Under the pieces are notes generated by a model that saw only the letters and a program-made list of their open reading frames with translations, was not told the origin of the DNA and ran no database searches. A DNA stretch of 64,000 nt from a virus (lineage: Duplodnaviria; Caudoviricetes): positions 49,907 to 113,906 of the IMG/VR virus record IMGVR_UViG_3300037067_009225; one strand, written 5' to 3'. Shown here piece by piece: positions 47,461 to 57,610 of this stretch (within the stretch, counting starts at the first letter, position 1; every line of letters starts with the position of its first letter). Made by a program: the position numbers and the translations under genes.

Positions 47461-50400
47461 TTAGGAGCATTTACTATGTCCACAACTCATGCAAGTCAAA
47501 CACCCTTCTTTATATTCTAAATGTTCACTACCACATTCAGGACATTTACCTTTACCTTTAACACCATCTTTAATATATCTTTTAACAACTCTTGCTACAC
47601 CATTTTTCCAAGTATTTAAGTTATCATCATTAAGATTTAAAGATTCTATTAATTGATGTACATACACAAGTGGCATACCATGCCTCATATTACCAGAAAT
47701 CATTTTAGCTAAATTCCAATATTGAGGATCAAATTTTTGAGAAATACCAATAAATATTTGTTTTTCACCATTTTCGTCAGTATATTCTAAATCATATCTA
47801 CTTGTACCATCTTCATTTCTATTCTTAACAATTTCACATTCTTTAATTGTTGATGATAGTTTTCCAAGACCATTAACCAATTTACCAGTGAATAATTCAT
47901 AAGGTCTACCATCTAATAAACCAACAACAGCAATCCATTTTTCTAAATTATTTTGAAATCTAATGATATCACCTTTTAATCTTTTTGGTCTTTTTGGTGC
48001 ATTAGTATCCCTAAAATGTTCATTTTTTTCTTGTTCCTTTTTTTCTTTATCTGATATAAGAACACCATCTCTTGAACCATCACGATAAACAGTAATACCT
48101 TTTAAACCTTGTTTCCACGCTTCTACATATATTTCACTAACTTTACTTTCTGAAACATCTGTTGGTAAATTGATGGTACTTGATATTGAATGTGTTACAT
48201 ATTTCTGTATAATAGATTGAATTTTTATTCTATTAATCCAATTTATTTCATTAGCAGTAGAACCAAAATATGGGTTTTCTTTTAAATATTGTTCACTATT
48301 ATAATCAATATTATTAATATCCATCCACATTTTTATTTTTGGGTGAAAAATATTATATTCTGACCAAGAATCTCCCATTTCATCAACAAAATCTATTTTT
48401 ATGTTTTTTTCATTTGGATTAACTTTTTTTCTTCTTTTATATGACATTGTGTATAATGGTTCTATACCAGATGTTGATTGTGTTAAAATACTTAACGAAC
48501 CTGTAGGTGCAACAGTACTTATTGATATATTTCTTCTACCATGTTTCATCATTCTACTGTATAAAACAGGGAATTCATTTTCAATCATTTTAATAAAATC
48601 TGATTTATTCTCATACAATGGATCAAAATCTTTAAATTTACCTCTTTGAATAGCCATATCAACAGAACTATCAAATTCTGCTAACATTTTTGTTTTACTA
48701 ATTTCATTTATAATATCTATAGCATTTTCTGAATCATATTTAAATCCAAGTGCAGCAATAGTATCACCAAGAGCAGTAAAACCTAAACCTGTTCTTCTAC
48801 CATTTTTTCCATTTTCATATAAATCTTTCCATGTTTTTAATTCAACAGCTTTAATAAAATCAGGTTCATTATCAGATTCTACTTTTTTAATAATATTATC
48901 TACAGCAGTTAATTCTAAATCAACTAAATCATCCATCAATCTTTGTGCTTCATATGTAATTTCATATAATTTATTAAAATTAAATTTTGCATTTGAAGTA
49001 AATGGATTATCAACACAACTAAAATAATTAACAACCATTAATCTACAACTATCATTATTCATTGCAATTTCTGAACATGGGTTGGTTGATATATTTTCCC
49101 AATTTGGATAAATAGATGATGTCGAATATTTATGTTGTCTATCTTTAAAAATTATACCAGGTTCTGCACAAGAATGAGCAGATTTAATAATTTCATTCCA
49201 TAAATATTCAGCATCTATTTCTTTTGTAAATTTAGCATTTTCAATTGATGAATCAACAGGAAATCTTAAAACATATTTTTCTTTTTTCAAAACAGCTTTC
49301 ATAAATTCATCTCTTATTTGTATTGATATATTTGCTCCAGTTATTTTCTTTAAATCTCTTTTTATTTTAATAAAATCTAATACATCTGGATGATTGACAT
49401 CAATTGATATCATAAGAGCTCCTCGTCTTGAATTCTGCGCTACTTCACGTGTCGTGTTTGAATATCTCTCCATAAAAGATACCGCACCTGTTGTAGACAA
49501 TGCAGAATTATTAACAAAAGAATTATTTGGTCTAAGTGTTGATATATCTATTCCTACACCACAATTATGAACATTAATTAAACCAAAATTTCCAGAATAA
49601 AAATTATTTACTTTATCAACTTCAATATCATAATATTGTGTTGTTTCAAAATCTTTTTCTATATTAGTAATATATAATCTTTGTTTTATTTCATCATATT
49701 TATTTAATTCTATAATATCATTATTATATAGTGTTTCATAACCTGATAATGCTAATTTTTTATCTTTTTTTAAAATTTTAATTACAGCAGATAATTTATT
49801 ATTTTTATTATTTTTAACATTATAATCACTTATAATATTATCTTTTTCAGATTCTGATAAAAATATTTTTTTAGAATGATATTTATTAACATAATTTTCT
49901 AATTTTGTTTTTTTATTTGTATGCACTAAATATTTACATATATTTTTGACAAATAATTCATCATAGTGAATTAATAATACATGAACACCATGTTCATTTA
50001 ATCTTTTCACATTCTTTTTAAAATTATAATTATAATATAATCCTATTGATGATATATAAGAAGATATTTCATCTATTAAATTTTTATTTGCTAATGATAA
50101 TTCAATTGTTCCACCATCTTTTACATAACCATCAGCATCAATTATTCCAGCTAAAAATGGAATCCAAGTGTTATTTTTTTTAATATAAGATGGAACAAAT
50201 GAACTATATGTTTTATTTCCTATTTGATTATCAAAATATTTTATAATAATATCAGAATTAATATTATTATTTGATGAATATTCCCAAACATCAGATTTGT
50301 AATATTTTCTTGTTGATAATTTAACATCACTATTATCATTATTAATATTTAATAAAGAACGATGAATTCTTTTATAATTTTTTATACACTCTTTATTATC

Positions 50401-51309
50401 ACCTAAAATTCTAAATCTAACTTTTTTATATTTATAAATTTTTTTACCATAATTTTTATTATATTTAATATTAACATAACCACTATTACCATCTCCTAAA
50501 TGATGACCAATAAACCAAGATATATCATTTTCAAATGATTCTTCAGAAAAATCATTATTGTATGATAATGATGGTTTAATAACAATATCATTTATTTTTA
50601 AATCTTTTACATCAACATATTTATATCCATTATTATTAAATGTTAAAATTGGGTGTTTTTTTGATGTTTTTAATTTTGAACCATTAGATAATGTAATTAT
50701 AACTCTATCATTTTCTTCAACATTTGTATTAAATTTATCTATAATTAAATTATATTCATCATTATTAGTATTAATATTTTTTGATAATATATAATCTCCA
50801 ACATTAACATCTTTAATTTTAATTAATCCTTTATTTTTAATTTTAACATAACTATTTTCACTTACACATCTTCTTTTAAATAATTGTGTTAATTGTTGAT
50901 CTGTATATGTAATTCCACCATAACTATCATAAATTTTAGGTAAAACTATACAATTAGATAAAGAACCAATCATTGTTGGATTACCTAAAACACTCATAAC
51001 AGAACCTTGTGGTGATATATATTTAAAATCTTTAAAATAGTTAAATATTTTTTCTTCTGTTAATGGTGTTCTTTTTTTACCATAATCACTCAATTCATCA
51101 TTATATGTATTTTCATATTCACTTTCTGCATTATAAAACTTATTAGTAAGTCTATGATGCATATCATTTGGTGTTAATTCGTAATAATTATTATTTGAAT
51201 CTTTAATGCAATATTTATTAATCCAAACATCTGTTGCAAGAACATCACCATTAAAATACTTTAATGTTTCATTAAAAACTTCTTCTCTTGTGTATACTTT
51301 TAATTCCAT
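47461..51309 (-). CDS. nrdJ: class II (B12-dependent) ribonucleotide reductase containing an intein
   Basis: SLSNC, STNPCSEI, TVAPTGS, SGIEP, KGITVYRDG and C-terminal CPEC...CMSC; 847 aa after splicing. Confidence 0.9.
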   Translation of the reverse strand: MELKVYTREEVFNETLKYFNGDVLATDVWINKYCIKDSNNNYYELTPNDMHHRLTNKFYNAESEYENTYNDELSDYGKKRTPLTEEKIFNYFKDFKYISPQGSVMSVLGNPTMIGSLSNCIVLPKIYDSYGGITYTDQQLTQLFKRRCVSENSYVKIKNKGLIKIKDVNVGDYILSKNINTNNDEYNLIIDKFNTNVEENDRVIITLSNGSKLKTSKKHPILTFNNNGYKYVDVKDLKINDIVIKPSLSYNNDFSEESFENDISWFIGHHLGDGNSGYVNIKYNKNYGKKIYKYKKVRFRILGDNKECIKNYKRIHRSLLNINNDNSDVKLSTRKYYKSDVWEYSSNNNINSDIIIKYFDNQIGNKTYSSFVPSYIKKNNTWIPFLAGIIDADGYVKDGGTIELSLANKNLIDEISSYISSIGLYYNYNFKKNVKRLNEHGVHVLLIHYDELFVKNICKYLVHTNKKTKLENYVNKYHSKKIFLSESEKDNIISDYNVKNNKNNKLSAVIKILKKDKKLALSGYETLYNNDIIELNKYDEIKQRLYITNIEKDFETTQYYDIEVDKVNNFYSGNFGLINVHNCGVGIDISTLRPNNSFVNNSALSTTGAVSFMERYSNTTREVAQNSRRGALMISIDVNHPDVLDFIKIKRDLKKITGANISIQIRDEFMKAVLKKEKYVLRFPVDSSIENAKFTKEIDAEYLWNEIIKSAHSCAEPGIIFKDRQHKYSTSSIYPNWENISTNPCSEIAMNNDSCRLMVVNYFSCVDNPFTSNAKFNFNKLYEITYEAQRLMDDLVDLELTAVDNIIKKVESDNEPDFIKAVELKTWKDLYENGKNGRRTGLGFTALGDTIAALGFKYDSENAIDIINEISKTKMLAEFDSSVDMAIQRGKFKDFDPLYENKSDFIKMIENEFPVLYSRMMKHGRRNISISTVAPTGSLSILTQSTSGIEPLYTMSYKRRKKVNPNEKNIKIDFVDEMGDSWSEYNIFHPKIKMWMDINNIDYNSEQYLKENPYFGSTANEINWINRIKIQSIIQKYVTHSISSTINLPTDVSESKVSEIYVEAWKQGLKGITVYRDGSRDGVLISDKEKKEQEKNEHFRDTNAPKRPKRLKGDIIRFQNNLEKWIAVVGLLDGRPYELFTGKLVNGLGKLSSTIKECEIVKNRNEDGTSRYDLEYTDENGEKQIFIGISQKFDPQYWNLAKMISGNMRHGMPLVYVHQLIESLNLNDDNLNTWKNGVARVVKRYIKDGVKGKGKCPECGSEHLEYKEGCLTCMSCGHSKCS
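49564..50868 (-). mobile_element. contiguous intein with LAGLIDADG endonuclease (435 aa) in nrdJ
   Basis: FKRR|CVSENS ... TSKKHP (block B) ... FIGHHLGDG, FLAGIIDADG ... YYDIEV ... NVHN|CGVG. Confidence 0.9.
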
Positions 51310-51393
51310 TTTATATAACTTTATTTTTTTTTATTATTTTTATTTAATCTTTGTATTATATCATATGTTGTTATTTTACTATAATTCATATTT

Positions 51394-52041
51394 TTAAATA
51401 AAATTTATATTATCTAAATCTCTTAAATAACCTTTTTGTTTTAATTCTTTAATTATAACAGTTGCTTGTTTTTTATCTAACAATTTAAACATATTAAAGA
51501 TGTTATCGGTGAAATAATAAGCTAATTCTACAAACAATTCTGAATTTGTATATTTTAATCTCAATTTACTTAATAATAAAATATAATATTCATTAAATGA
51601 TTGTTTATTTGGTTTTCTTCTATTTGAATTGAAGTCTATATCAGTACAAGTTGATAATACTTCAAAAACATCAATAGATAATTGTTTTTGATTAACATAT
51701 TCTTCATTATTTTTTGATTCAAACTCAAAAATACTACCACTTTCTAACTTATAATTATTTGTTGAACTATGATTAGTGTCAACATTTTCTTCAATGTTTT
51801 TATTATCTTTATCAATTTTACCTTTAAATATAACATCTCTTTTTAAAGAATGTTTTCCTTCTCTTTTATGTTTATTAACATGAAATTGATATAATAAATT
51901 AAAATCTTCTTTAATATTTTCAATTTCTGGTACATCAAATTCATCATCTATAAAAGATTCATTTAATTCTTCATTTAAAATAAAATTTTCATCATCATTT
52001 ATAATATCATTTTCTAAATTATTATTATCTTTATTTATCAT
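51394..52041 (-). CDS. hypothetical protein with acidic N-terminus
   Basis: 215-aa ORF between the helicase and nrdJ. Confidence 0.6.
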   Translation of the reverse strand: MINKDNNNLENDIINDDENFILNEELNESFIDDEFDVPEIENIKEDFNLLYQFHVNKHKREGKHSLKRDVIFKGKIDKDNKNIEENVDTNHSSTNNYKLESGSIFEFESKNNEEYVNQKQLSIDVFEVLSTCTDIDFNSNRRKPNKQSFNEYYILLLSKLRLKYTNSELFVELAYYFTDNIFNMFKLLDKKQATVIIKELKQKGYLRDLDNINFI

Positions 52042-52060
52042 AAAATAACATTATTATTTT

Positions 52061-53398
52061 TTATATTGAAACAATATGGTCATTTTCCATTGTTAAACTT
52101 TCTGGTTTAAAATTAAATGTAATTTGATCATCTTTACATTCACCATCTCTTAATTTCAAATTTTTAAGTCTATATAAATTTTGTTTTTTCATATCTGGTG
52201 TTCTTATAATACCCCAAACCGTATCTGCAGTTTCTACAATTGCTTTTGATTCAGGTACACTATCCATTTTAATATCCGATGCCCCCCAAACTGTTCTATC
52301 TGTTTGTGTTGCTGTTATAATAGCACAATTATGTTTATCACCTAAATATCTTAATCCTTCTGCTAAATGTTTTCCTTTTTGATATAAATTACTTCTAATT
52401 TCTAATCCTTTTTCAATAGACATAATATTTAAATAATCAATTAAAACCATATCAATTTTAAAGTTTTTTCTATCTCTTATTTTTGTTAAATAGTTATCTA
52501 AATCTGTTATTGTACAATCACTGGTATTAAATTTTTTAATCCACAATTCACCAGCTTTATTATTAAATAAATCATTTGTACCTGCTGATGATTTAAATGC
52601 ATTAATTTTATTTTGTATATATTGTGTGTCTTGACTTTTTTCTTCATATAAACTTGGTGGAATATTTAGTAACATTGAACCCATACGTTTAACACATTTA
52701 TAGCTTGCCATTTCTAATGTTATTAAAACAACATTAAACCCTGCTTTAACAGCATTTGAACCAATATTATGTAACCACATAGATTTACCAATATTAGTTT
52801 CTCCCATTATTACATTTAATGTTGATAAATCCCAACCACCACCTAATAGTCTATCCATAGAACTCCAACCACTAGGTATTTTATTTAATTTAACATTTTG
52901 TTTATGTGATTCTGGATCATAAAAATTTGATCCTAAATCATCATCATCATCATCTACCATCATAATTGTAGAAAACAAATCTTTAAGTGTAGAAGCCATT
53001 GAAACAACATTTTCATAATTAACATCTTCCATATCTCTTAACATTTCAACACCACTCAATACTCTATTTTTAGCAGTATTACTAAGTTTCCATGCTTTAA
53101 ATCTTGGTTCTAACCAACTTTCTTCAACATCAGATGTATTATCTTTTAAAATAGACATTAAAATATTTTTGTTTATTTTACCTTCTGTATCTTGAAGTTT
53201 AACCATATTATAAACTTGGTTTGGTGATGGTATAATTTTCTTAACACTTCTTAGATATTCTTCTCTAATAATTTCATAAACAAATCTTATTTCATCTTTT
53301 TTGAAGAAACCTGATTCTACTTTAGAAAACTGTTCTGGATGATTCATTATCCAAGAAAAATATAACAATTCGGTATTTGCATTAACTATTTCTGCCAT
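52061..53398 (-). CDS. replicative DnaB-like helicase (T4 gp41-like)
   Basis: IPSGW, MGETNIGKS (Walker A), ITLEM, LIDYL, TATQT, ESKA, KLRDG. Confidence 0.9.
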   Translation of the reverse strand: MAEIVNANTELLYFSWIMNHPEQFSKVESGFFKKDEIRFVYEIIREEYLRSVKKIIPSPNQVYNMVKLQDTEGKINKNILMSILKDNTSDVEESWLEPRFKAWKLSNTAKNRVLSGVEMLRDMEDVNYENVVSMASTLKDLFSTIMMVDDDDDDLGSNFYDPESHKQNVKLNKIPSGWSSMDRLLGGGWDLSTLNVIMGETNIGKSMWLHNIGSNAVKAGFNVVLITLEMASYKCVKRMGSMLLNIPPSLYEEKSQDTQYIQNKINAFKSSAGTNDLFNNKAGELWIKKFNTSDCTITDLDNYLTKIRDRKNFKIDMVLIDYLNIMSIEKGLEIRSNLYQKGKHLAEGLRYLGDKHNCAIITATQTDRTVWGASDIKMDSVPESKAIVETADTVWGIIRTPDMKKQNLYRLKNLKLRDGECKDDQITFNFKPESLTMENDHIVSI

Positions 53399-53439
53399 AA
53401 AATTATTTATTTTTAAAAAAATTAAATATATTATATTAA

Positions 53440-53479
53440 AAATGTTACTGATAGTTTATAAAAAATATCAGTAACATTT
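53440..53479. terminator. hairpin between the recombinase and helicase genes (terminator or processing site)
   Basis: AAATGTTACTGATA/TATCAGTAACATTT 14-bp stem. Confidence 0.5.
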
Positions 53480-53495
53480 ATTATTTTTTAATTAT

Positions 53496-54734
53496 TTATT
53501 CATCAAATATATTATCTTTATCAATATCAAAATTATTTTCTGATTCATCATCACCAGTATCTTCAAATTTTGAATATTTATCATCAAGTTCTGATTGAAT
53601 TTGTTGAATTTCTTCATATGAAGAATATTTGAAATAATCATAAATAATAGGTTCTAATGCATTTCTAACATCTTCGTTAAAAACAGTACCATTATATAAT
53701 TGTTTATCATATAATGTTTTATCAAGATGACGAACATACCATTTTGATTTTTGTCCACCAGCTTCAAAAACCATATTACCACTCTTATCTTTAACCATCT
53801 TACCTCTTGCTATACCAACTTTCTCAAAATTTTCTGGTGTACACCAAAAATCAAGACCTGAGTATGGATTAGTACCTTCTGAATGATCAATATTAAATTT
53901 AATTTTTTTAGGTTTAGCCATACGATTTTTTCTTGCTTTAGCTGTAACAACAACCCCACTTGAACCTAAATCTAAATCATCTTCTTGACCTGTTTTCAAT
54001 TTTGCTATTGTTAAATAAACAATAATAGATGCTGCATATTCTGCACCCTTACCACCATTCATAACAGCTTGTGGAAACAAATCTTGTGTCATATAAATAT
54101 GATTAGTCATAACAAGAGGAATATTTAAATAACCTAAATCTGAACTAACAATTCTAAATAAAGATTTCAAAACTTTAGCTCTGGTCATATCTTGTTTATT
54201 ATTACCTTCAATAGCATCTGTTATTTCTTTTGTTGATGCTAAGTTTCCAATACTATCAAGAAAAATTATTGTTTTTGGAATTTCATTTCCTTCGTCTTTT
54301 TCTTTTCTTAAAGAATCAATAATTTGAGCTAATGTCATTTTTATAGCTTCTACATTTCTTGATGATAATAACATAAATTTTTCTTTAGATATATCAATAC
54401 CAAAAGATTTAAATGTTTCATTAGTTGCTGAAAATTCAGTATCAATATAAATTACCGAATAACCTAATTTTTGTGCGTTTCTAGCAAGATTATAACAGAT
54501 ATAAGACTTACCAGTTCCAGGATCACCAGCAAAAATAGTAATTCTATTTTTTGGAATTCCACCTTTTGTAATTGATTTTGCTAATAAAGCATCCATAACA
54601 TATACACCAGTACTAATGTATGATTCATCATCTCTTTCTTTTTCAACTGTAATAGCGGTTTTTTTAGATATATTTTCTACAAGATTTTGTAAATCTCCGA
54701 AAGAAAAACCTTTTGTTGCAACTTTTTTTGCCAT
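53496..54734 (-). CDS. uvsX: RecA/UvsX-like recombinase
   Basis: ISTG, GGIP, AGDPGTGKS, YIDTE, FLDSIG, TNHIY, GGKG..YAAS, KNR. Confidence 0.88.
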   Translation of the reverse strand: MAKKVATKGFSFGDLQNLVENISKKTAITVEKERDDESYISTGVYVMDALLAKSITKGGIPKNRITIFAGDPGTGKSYICYNLARNAQKLGYSVIYIDTEFSATNETFKSFGIDISKEKFMLLSSRNVEAIKMTLAQIIDSLRKEKDEGNEIPKTIIFLDSIGNLASTKEITDAIEGNNKQDMTRAKVLKSLFRIVSSDLGYLNIPLVMTNHIYMTQDLFPQAVMNGGKGAEYAASIIVYLTIAKLKTGQEDDLDLGSSGVVVTAKARKNRMAKPKKIKFNIDHSEGTNPYSGLDFWCTPENFEKVGIARGKMVKDKSGNMVFEAGGQKSKWYVRHLDKTLYDKQLYNGTVFNEDVRNALEPIIYDYFKYSSYEEIQQIQSELDDKYSKFEDTGDDESENNFDIDKDNIFDE

Positions 54735-55004
54735 ATATAATTAATTATTTTTTAAATGTATAAAAATGCCAATATACACTTTCATTTGCCTTATGTATTA
54801 CTTTTTTAATAAAAAGTTGTTATTTATCAATAAAAAAATTAAATAATATTTAAAAATAATTTTCATAAAAATAATGTGTGAATGATATATATTAAACTCT
54901 TTTTTAACTTTTATAAATTATCAAGTAGTTACAAAAAAATATTTTTATTTTTATTTTGACCCAACAATTATAAATATATAATTTAAAAAATATCAATAAA
55001 TAAT

Positions 55005-55403
55005 ATGAATTTATATTTAGTGTTTTGTAAAAACAAGAAAAAGTTTGATAAATATGTTAAAATAAATAGAATTAGAAATAAAGTTATTATAGATATAAGA
55101 GAAATTTTAGAAGAAGAAGATATTGATTATAATGAATATAAAGATTATTTTAATGTTATAATTTACACAAAAATTCTTCATGCTTTTCAGAAGGGTAAAG
55201 ACATTTATTATATTCCAAATTTTGATAATGATAATATTGATATTAGAGAAATATTTAAATTAAATAAACTAATACCAAACGTAAAAATAAATTATAATGT
55301 TTTATTTTTTAGAGATGAATTTATTAACGATGAATACATTGAAAAATCTATAATTAATAATGTTGATAATTTTACAACATCCCAAATAATAAAAGATTAT
55401 TAA
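55005..55403 (+). CDS. hypothetical protein (possibly a degenerate P-loop kinase fold)
   Basis: Beta-alpha pattern resembling PNK/AAA_33 (…HAFQKGKDIYY…) but no Walker A. Confidence 0.5.
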   Translation: MNLYLVFCKNKKKFDKYVKINRIRNKVIIDIREILEEEDIDYNEYKDYFNVIIYTKILHAFQKGKDIYYIPNFDNDNIDIREIFKLNKLIPNVKINYNVLFFRDEFINDEYIEKSIINNVDNFTTSQIIKDY

Positions 55404-55449
55404 ATTGTTAAAATAATTATTTTTTAATATCTTTGTATTATGGATAATT

Positions 55450-55620
55450 TTGATAAAGATATTATTAAAATGAACTATTGCTAAACTAAAGATTTAGCAG
55501 TTTCAGTTAAAAAATTTAACTGATATTTAAACGCTTCAAAGTTTGTGCTGTTTAACAACGTTAGTAGTTAAACAGTCTTATTTTTACTCCACGCTTGTAA
55601 TCTGTTGTTCCAACAGATAT
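55450..55620 (-). ncRNA. predicted TnpB omega/reRNA scaffold plus guide
   Basis: Stacked hairpins (CTGTTTAAC/GTTAAACAG, TCAGTTAAA/TTTAACTGA, right-end hairpin) from the tnpB 3' end to the right end; 5' boundary approximate. Confidence 0.55.
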
Positions 55621-56844
55621 TTATCTAATCTTAAACCTTCGTTTAAAATATTTTTAGCAGCATTTATATCTCTATCGAGCTTAGTATTACAACTTGGACA
55701 AATCCATTCTCTATCATTTAAAGATATATTTTGTTTAATCCAACCACAACAAGAACACATCTTTGTTGAAGGAAACCATCTACCAATAGAAACAATTTGT
55801 TTATCATTCCACGTAGCTTTATATTTTAACGTAGTTATGAATAAAGACCAACTAACATCTGATATTGATTTAGCTAATTTATGGTTTCTAAGCATTCCAG
55901 ACACATTTAAATCCTCTATATATATTTTATCATATTCATATATCAAATCTTTAGTTATTTTATGTATAAAATTACTTCTTACATTAGTTATTTTTTCATG
56001 TATTTTACACACTTTAATCCTTTGTCTTTCATAATGATTAGAACCTTTAACTTTTCTTGATAAATGTTGTTGATTTAATTTTAATTCTCTTTCATATTGT
56101 TTTATAATCTTCTGATTTTTGATTTTCAAACCATTAGATAACACTAAGAAATCTTTTAAACCTAAATCAACGCCTATTGATTTGTTTGTCTTTTTAACTG
56201 GTGTATATTCCTTTTCAACAAGTATTGAAACAAAATATTTTCCAGTTGATGTTCTTGATATTGTACATTTTTTAATCAAACCTTCCACTGTTCTGTGTCC
56301 ATCCATTTTTATACCTTCGGTAAATTTTGGAATTATCAGATTATTGGATTTTACTGATACATTTTGTGGTATCGTAAATGAATTTTTTGATTTTTTCTGT
56401 TTAAATTTTGGAAATTCAGCTATTCTTTTAAAAAATCTATCATATGATTGCTCTAAACATTTTAATGAATATTGAAGAGTTTGAGAATTTATTTCTTTTA
56501 ACCATTCTTTTCCTTCTTCTTTCTTTAATTGTGTTAATATAGAAGATTGTGTAACATAATTAATTGATTTTTTATTTGATAAATAATATTCTTTTCTTTG
56601 ATTTAAAAAATAATTATATACATATCTAACAGAACCAAAATATCTATTTAATATTTCTTTCTGATTATTATCAGGATATAATCTTAATTTATATGTATAT
56701 TTAATCAACAATTATTCAAAAAATCATTTTTTGTATAAAAGTATATATTAAATATTTTAAGTCAAAATTTATCTTTATTCAATATTTTTAATTATTTTTG
56801 TATATCATCCACGAATCTAAAGATTTCGTGGTTTTGTTTATTTT
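55470..56844 (-). mobile_element. non-autonomous IS200/IS605-family (IS1341-like, tnpB-only) element
   Basis: Left-end hairpin CCACGAAATCTTTAGATTCGTGG (56831-56809); right-end hairpin CTGCTAAATCTTTAGTTTAGCA ending TAGTTCAT at 55470; TTTAT target 5' of the left end; no tnpA. Confidence 0.8.
55584..56711 (-). CDS. tnpB: RNA-guided endonuclease TnpB
   Basis: YKLRLYP HTH, GVDLGLK (RuvC-I), IEDLNV (RuvC-II), CSCCG...CPSC Zn finger, DRDINAAKNI (RuvC-III). Confidence 0.95.
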   Translation of the reverse strand: MLIKYTYKLRLYPDNNQKEILNRYFGSVRYVYNYFLNQRKEYYLSNKKSINYVTQSSILTQLKKEEGKEWLKEINSQTLQYSLKCLEQSYDRFFKRIAEFPKFKQKKSKNSFTIPQNVSVKSNNLIIPKFTEGIKMDGHRTVEGLIKKCTISRTSTGKYFVSILVEKEYTPVKKTNKSIGVDLGLKDFLVLSNGLKIKNQKIIKQYERELKLNQQHLSRKVKGSNHYERQRIKVCKIHEKITNVRSNFIHKITKDLIYEYDKIYIEDLNVSGMLRNHKLAKSISDVSWSLFITTLKYKATWNDKQIVSIGRWFPSTKMCSCCGWIKQNISLNDREWICPSCNTKLDRDINAAKNILNEGLRLDKYLLEQQITSVE

Positions 56845-56859
56845 ATAAAAAAGGCTCGA

Positions 56860-57165
56860 ATGAAGCCAGAAGAAAAATATTTATATGAATTATTTTATTC
56901 TCTTAAAGAACATATTCCAGAAAAACAACCATATAGACCAATATACCCTGTTCTTTACTATTATAGTAAAAATAATAAAGTTTATATTAAATTTAATATT
57001 TTTGATAAAAAGTTTTATTATGATCTTGATTTATTGAGTGCATTAATTGAAAAATATAATATTAATTTGTTTGAAGTTGATAATATTATAAAAAATACTA
57101 TTAAAAAATATAATTTTTTCTTAGATTTTGAAGATTTTGATGAGTATCAATATTCTCAATTTTAA
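56860..57165 (+). CDS. hypothetical protein whose 5' region is interrupted by the TnpB element
   Basis: Removing the element joins the ATG at 55440 in frame: MDNFDKDIIK|IKKARMKPEEKYL... Confidence 0.6.
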   Translation: MKPEEKYLYELFYSLKEHIPEKQPYRPIYPVLYYYSKNNKVYIKFNIFDKKFYYDLDLLSALIEKYNINLFEVDNIIKNTIKKYNFFLDFEDFDEYQYSQF

Positions 57166-57190
57166 TAATTTTTTAATAATATATACTTAA

Positions 57191-57610
57191 ATGAAAACTA
57201 GATTTAATAATTTTTTAAATGAACAAAAATCACAAAGTTTTATTCTATCTGAAATAGAAGATTATGGTTCTTTTGAGGGTGTTGTACATTCAGATATTGA
57301 TAGAATAAAAAATTGGTTTATATCAAGAAAAATTGATTTTAATTTTTATAATTCTTATATTAAAATACCAATAGCTTTTTTAAATAATATTAATGTTGAT
57401 GAAGAATATAGAGGAAGTGGATATGGTAATGAATTATATTCATTATTTGAAGAACAATGTTACGAACATGATGTTAAATGTATATTTTTAGAATGTGATA
57501 TAACAGAAAACCAAAATGAAGGATTTTCATTATTAAAATGGTATGAAAGTTTTGACTTTAAAGTTATTGGTAATAATAATGGAAATCCTATAATGTATAA
57601 AGAATTATAA
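57191..57610 (+). CDS. GNAT-family acetyltransferase with CTS-like N-terminus
   Basis: LNNINVDEEYRGSGYG acetyl-CoA motif, LKWYESFDF; starts MKTRFNNFLNE. Confidence 0.8.
   Translation: MKTRFNNFLNEQKSQSFILSEIEDYGSFEGVVHSDIDRIKNWFISRKIDFNFYNSYIKIPIAFLNNINVDEEYRGSGYGNELYSLFEEQCYEHDVKCIFLECDITENQNEGFSLLKWYESFDFKVIGNNNGNPIMYKEL

Noticed and set aside
54735-55004. Replication origin in the AT-rich divergent intergenic region upstream of uvsX
   Set aside because: No iterons or distinctive repeats; the AT-richness is not exceptional for this genome
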